Source: an uncultured Anaerolinea sp.
GTDB taxonomy: Bacteria > Chloroflexota > Anaerolineae > Anaerolineales > Villigracilaceae
Assembly: GCA_964607645.1 (NCBI GenBank)
Contig: CAZSLN010000001.1
Location: 70,577 to 134,576, forward strand
DNA length: 64,000 nucleotides
Direction of reading: 5' to 3'
The notes under the pieces were generated by a model. The model did no database searches and was not told where the DNA came from. It worked only from the letters and a program-made list of their open reading frames with translations. The first letter of the stretch is position 1. Each line of letters opens with the position of its first letter. The translations under genes were made by a program, and so were the position numbers. Below, piece by piece: positions 62,784-64,000 of the stretch.

Positions 62784-63173
62784 TTATAGGGGGTGAAGGA
62801 TCCCGTTGATCTTTTCGATTAAATCGCTGACAACAAATGGCTTAAGAACATACCCAACCGCACCAAGGGCGAAGGCTGAATCAATATCCTTCTGCGATGT
62901 TTTCGCAGAAATGAATAGGAATGGTATAGCGCTTAACTCTGTATCCCCATTGATCTCTTTTTTCAACTGAAGGCCATCTGGGGGCGGCATCATCATATCG
63001 CACAAAATGAGATTTGGCTTCTGGGTTTTGATCATTTCCAAGCCTTCTACACCGCTTCGTGAACTTGACACAGCATAACCTTCCCGTTTAAGCAAGGCGA
63101 CAATTCCAACCGAAAACTTTATATCGTCATCGATCAGCAAGATGCGTTTTGAAGGTTTTTGAGAAGTATGCAT
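62784..63173 (-). CDS. single-domain response regulator (receiver only)
   Basis: 129-aa ORF. LLIDDD, ILCDMMMPPPDG, YVLKPF. Its stop lies 6 nt upstream of the kinase gene start. Confidence 0.88.
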   Translation of the reverse strand: MHTSQKPSKRILLIDDDIKFSVGIVALLKREGYAVSSSRSGVEGLEMIKTQKPNLILCDMMMPPPDGLQLKKEINGDTELSAIPFLFISAKTSQKDIDSAFALGAVGYVLKPFVVSDLIEKINGILHPL

Positions 63174-63249
63174 AATGGATATTATTTATTATAACAATGG
63201 ACTAGAAAAATCGGGTCTAATTCTGGTACTCTCAGGATAGAATAGAGGA

Positions 63250-63921
63250 ATGGCTACTTATAATTACGATTTTACTCCGATTTACGAAGACGATGACCTT
63301 CTTGTGGTGAATAAACCAAGCGGTTTGAGTGTAATCCAAGAAGGGTGGGACCCCTCTGCCCCATTTTTAGTTCAACTATTACGCCAAAAGTATCCTGACC
63401 TTATGATCGTCCACCGTTTAGACAAAGAAACCAGCGGATTGATGGTTTTCGCGAAAACAAAAGAAGCCCACCGCGAGCTGTGCATTCAGTTTGAACGGCA
63501 CATTGTCAGCAAAAAATATTTCGCTGTTGTAGTAGGCCAACCAAAATGGGAAACCCTTACCGCCAAGAACCGCTTAGCGTTTGGTATGGGGAAAAAACAT
63601 CGAACCGTGGTAGATAACGCCAAAGGTACGAGCGCTGAAACAGAGCTCACCGTAGTGGAACGTTATAATGGCTATGCGCTCGTTGAGGCAAACCCAAAAA
63701 CAGGTCGAACTCACCAAATTAGAGTGCACTTGTACGCCCGCGGTTTGCCAATTTTAGGCGATAAGCTTTACGGCACCAACACAACCGATCTGATCGATCG
63801 AGTTGCCTTGCATTCAGGCAGCCTGCAATTGGTTCACCCGACCACGAAAGAAGAAATGACCTTCACGATCCAGCTTCCCGTGGATATAAAAAAAGCGATC
63901 AAAAAAATAAAAGCCGGCTAA
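63250..63921 (+). CDS. RluA-family pseudouridine synthase
   Basis: 223-aa ORF. Catalytic motif HRLDKETSGL and GRTHQIRVHL. Confidence 0.88.
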   Translation: MATYNYDFTPIYEDDDLLVVNKPSGLSVIQEGWDPSAPFLVQLLRQKYPDLMIVHRLDKETSGLMVFAKTKEAHRELCIQFERHIVSKKYFAVVVGQPKWETLTAKNRLAFGMGKKHRTVVDNAKGTSAETELTVVERYNGYALVEANPKTGRTHQIRVHLYARGLPILGDKLYGTNTTDLIDRVALHSGSLQLVHPTTKEEMTFTIQLPVDIKKAIKKIKAG

Positions 63922-63940
63922 GTTTCAGCCGGCTATTGTT
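63911..63940. terminator. hairpin shared by the convergent rluA and a downstream minus-strand gene
   Basis: agccggct (63911-63918) pairs with agccggct (63926-63933), a self-complementary octamer. A T-rich tail follows. The rluA stop sits in the loop. Confidence 0.55.
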
Positions 63941-64000
63941 TAGGAAATTTTTCTTGATTCCATATAGAACCGTTTCTCATGGGCCTCGCCCATTGAGAAT

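Noticed and set aside
63939-64000. Possible 3' end of a minus-strand gene (...FSMGEAHEKRFYMESRKIS-stop) converging on rluA.
   Set aside because: Only about 20 codons are visible. No family can be assigned and coding status cannot be judged from so short a piece.
1-64000. Mobile elements, prophage, defence islands, CRISPR-Cas or toxin-antitoxin pairs.
   Set aside because: I found no transposase, integrase, recombinase, Cas, restriction-modification, retron/RT or small paired toxin-antitoxin ORFs. I also saw no flanking direct repeats and no abrupt compositional shift.

Overview
This is a dense, almost fully protein-coding 64-kb chromosomal stretch with about 62 credible CDS and mid-40s % GC by eye. 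I see no rRNA, tRNA, CRISPR array, transposase, integrase or phage genes. The gene content fits a monoderm Terrabacteria genome, most plausibly Chloroflexota/Anaerolineae-like, but that is inference only. Supporting content includes a T-box-controlled serS, DUF3048 lipoproteins, a BMP-family ABC importer, lipobox lipoproteins, MurJ, PlsY and two PlsC copies, and bactofilin.

Main blocks:
- A minus-strand operon of bactofilin, a ProRS-like protein, a DegT aminotransferase and a bPH membrane protein.
- A glpD-GT2-histidine phosphatase-mpg-fabI gene string.
- A TetR-controlled ABC-2/HlyD exporter.
- A BMP-type ABC importer followed by a two-gene XdhD/YgfM-style molybdenum hydroxylase and a Zn-ribbon ThrC-like PLP enzyme.
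- A perM-GT2-malY-methyltransferase string.
- A long orphan PALP enzyme, plsY, a hydantoinase and tandem plsC genes.
- A PilZ gene next to a 7TM histidine kinase and NarL-type regulator.
- Two thiolases.
- RNase H with an isochorismatase-family gene.
- A T-box leader and serS.
- An ECF sigma/anti-sigma pair.
- A PLD lipoprotein, murJ and xseAB.
- HIT followed by two DUF3048 paralogs.
- An alkD-like/thiolase/DinB/GMC oxidoreductase/HAD string.
- A MerR-TipAS regulator, a PAS-GAF kinase with its receiver, and rluA.

The most unusual item is the ProRS paralog. It appears to keep the INS editing and anticodon-binding domains but lacks the class II catalytic core. It is translationally coupled to bactofilin and a sugar aminotransferase.

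Other points worth follow-up:
- The XdhD/YgfM-like hydroxylase neighbourhood.
- A histidine kinase whose ATP-lid glycine motifs look degenerate.
- The DUF3048 pair, one copy carrying an inserted Cna-B/SdrD-like domain.
- A window-wide roughly 3-fold excess of GATC/CGATCG.

No classical defence or mobile system is evident. All functional calls rest on motif recognition by eye, not database searches.
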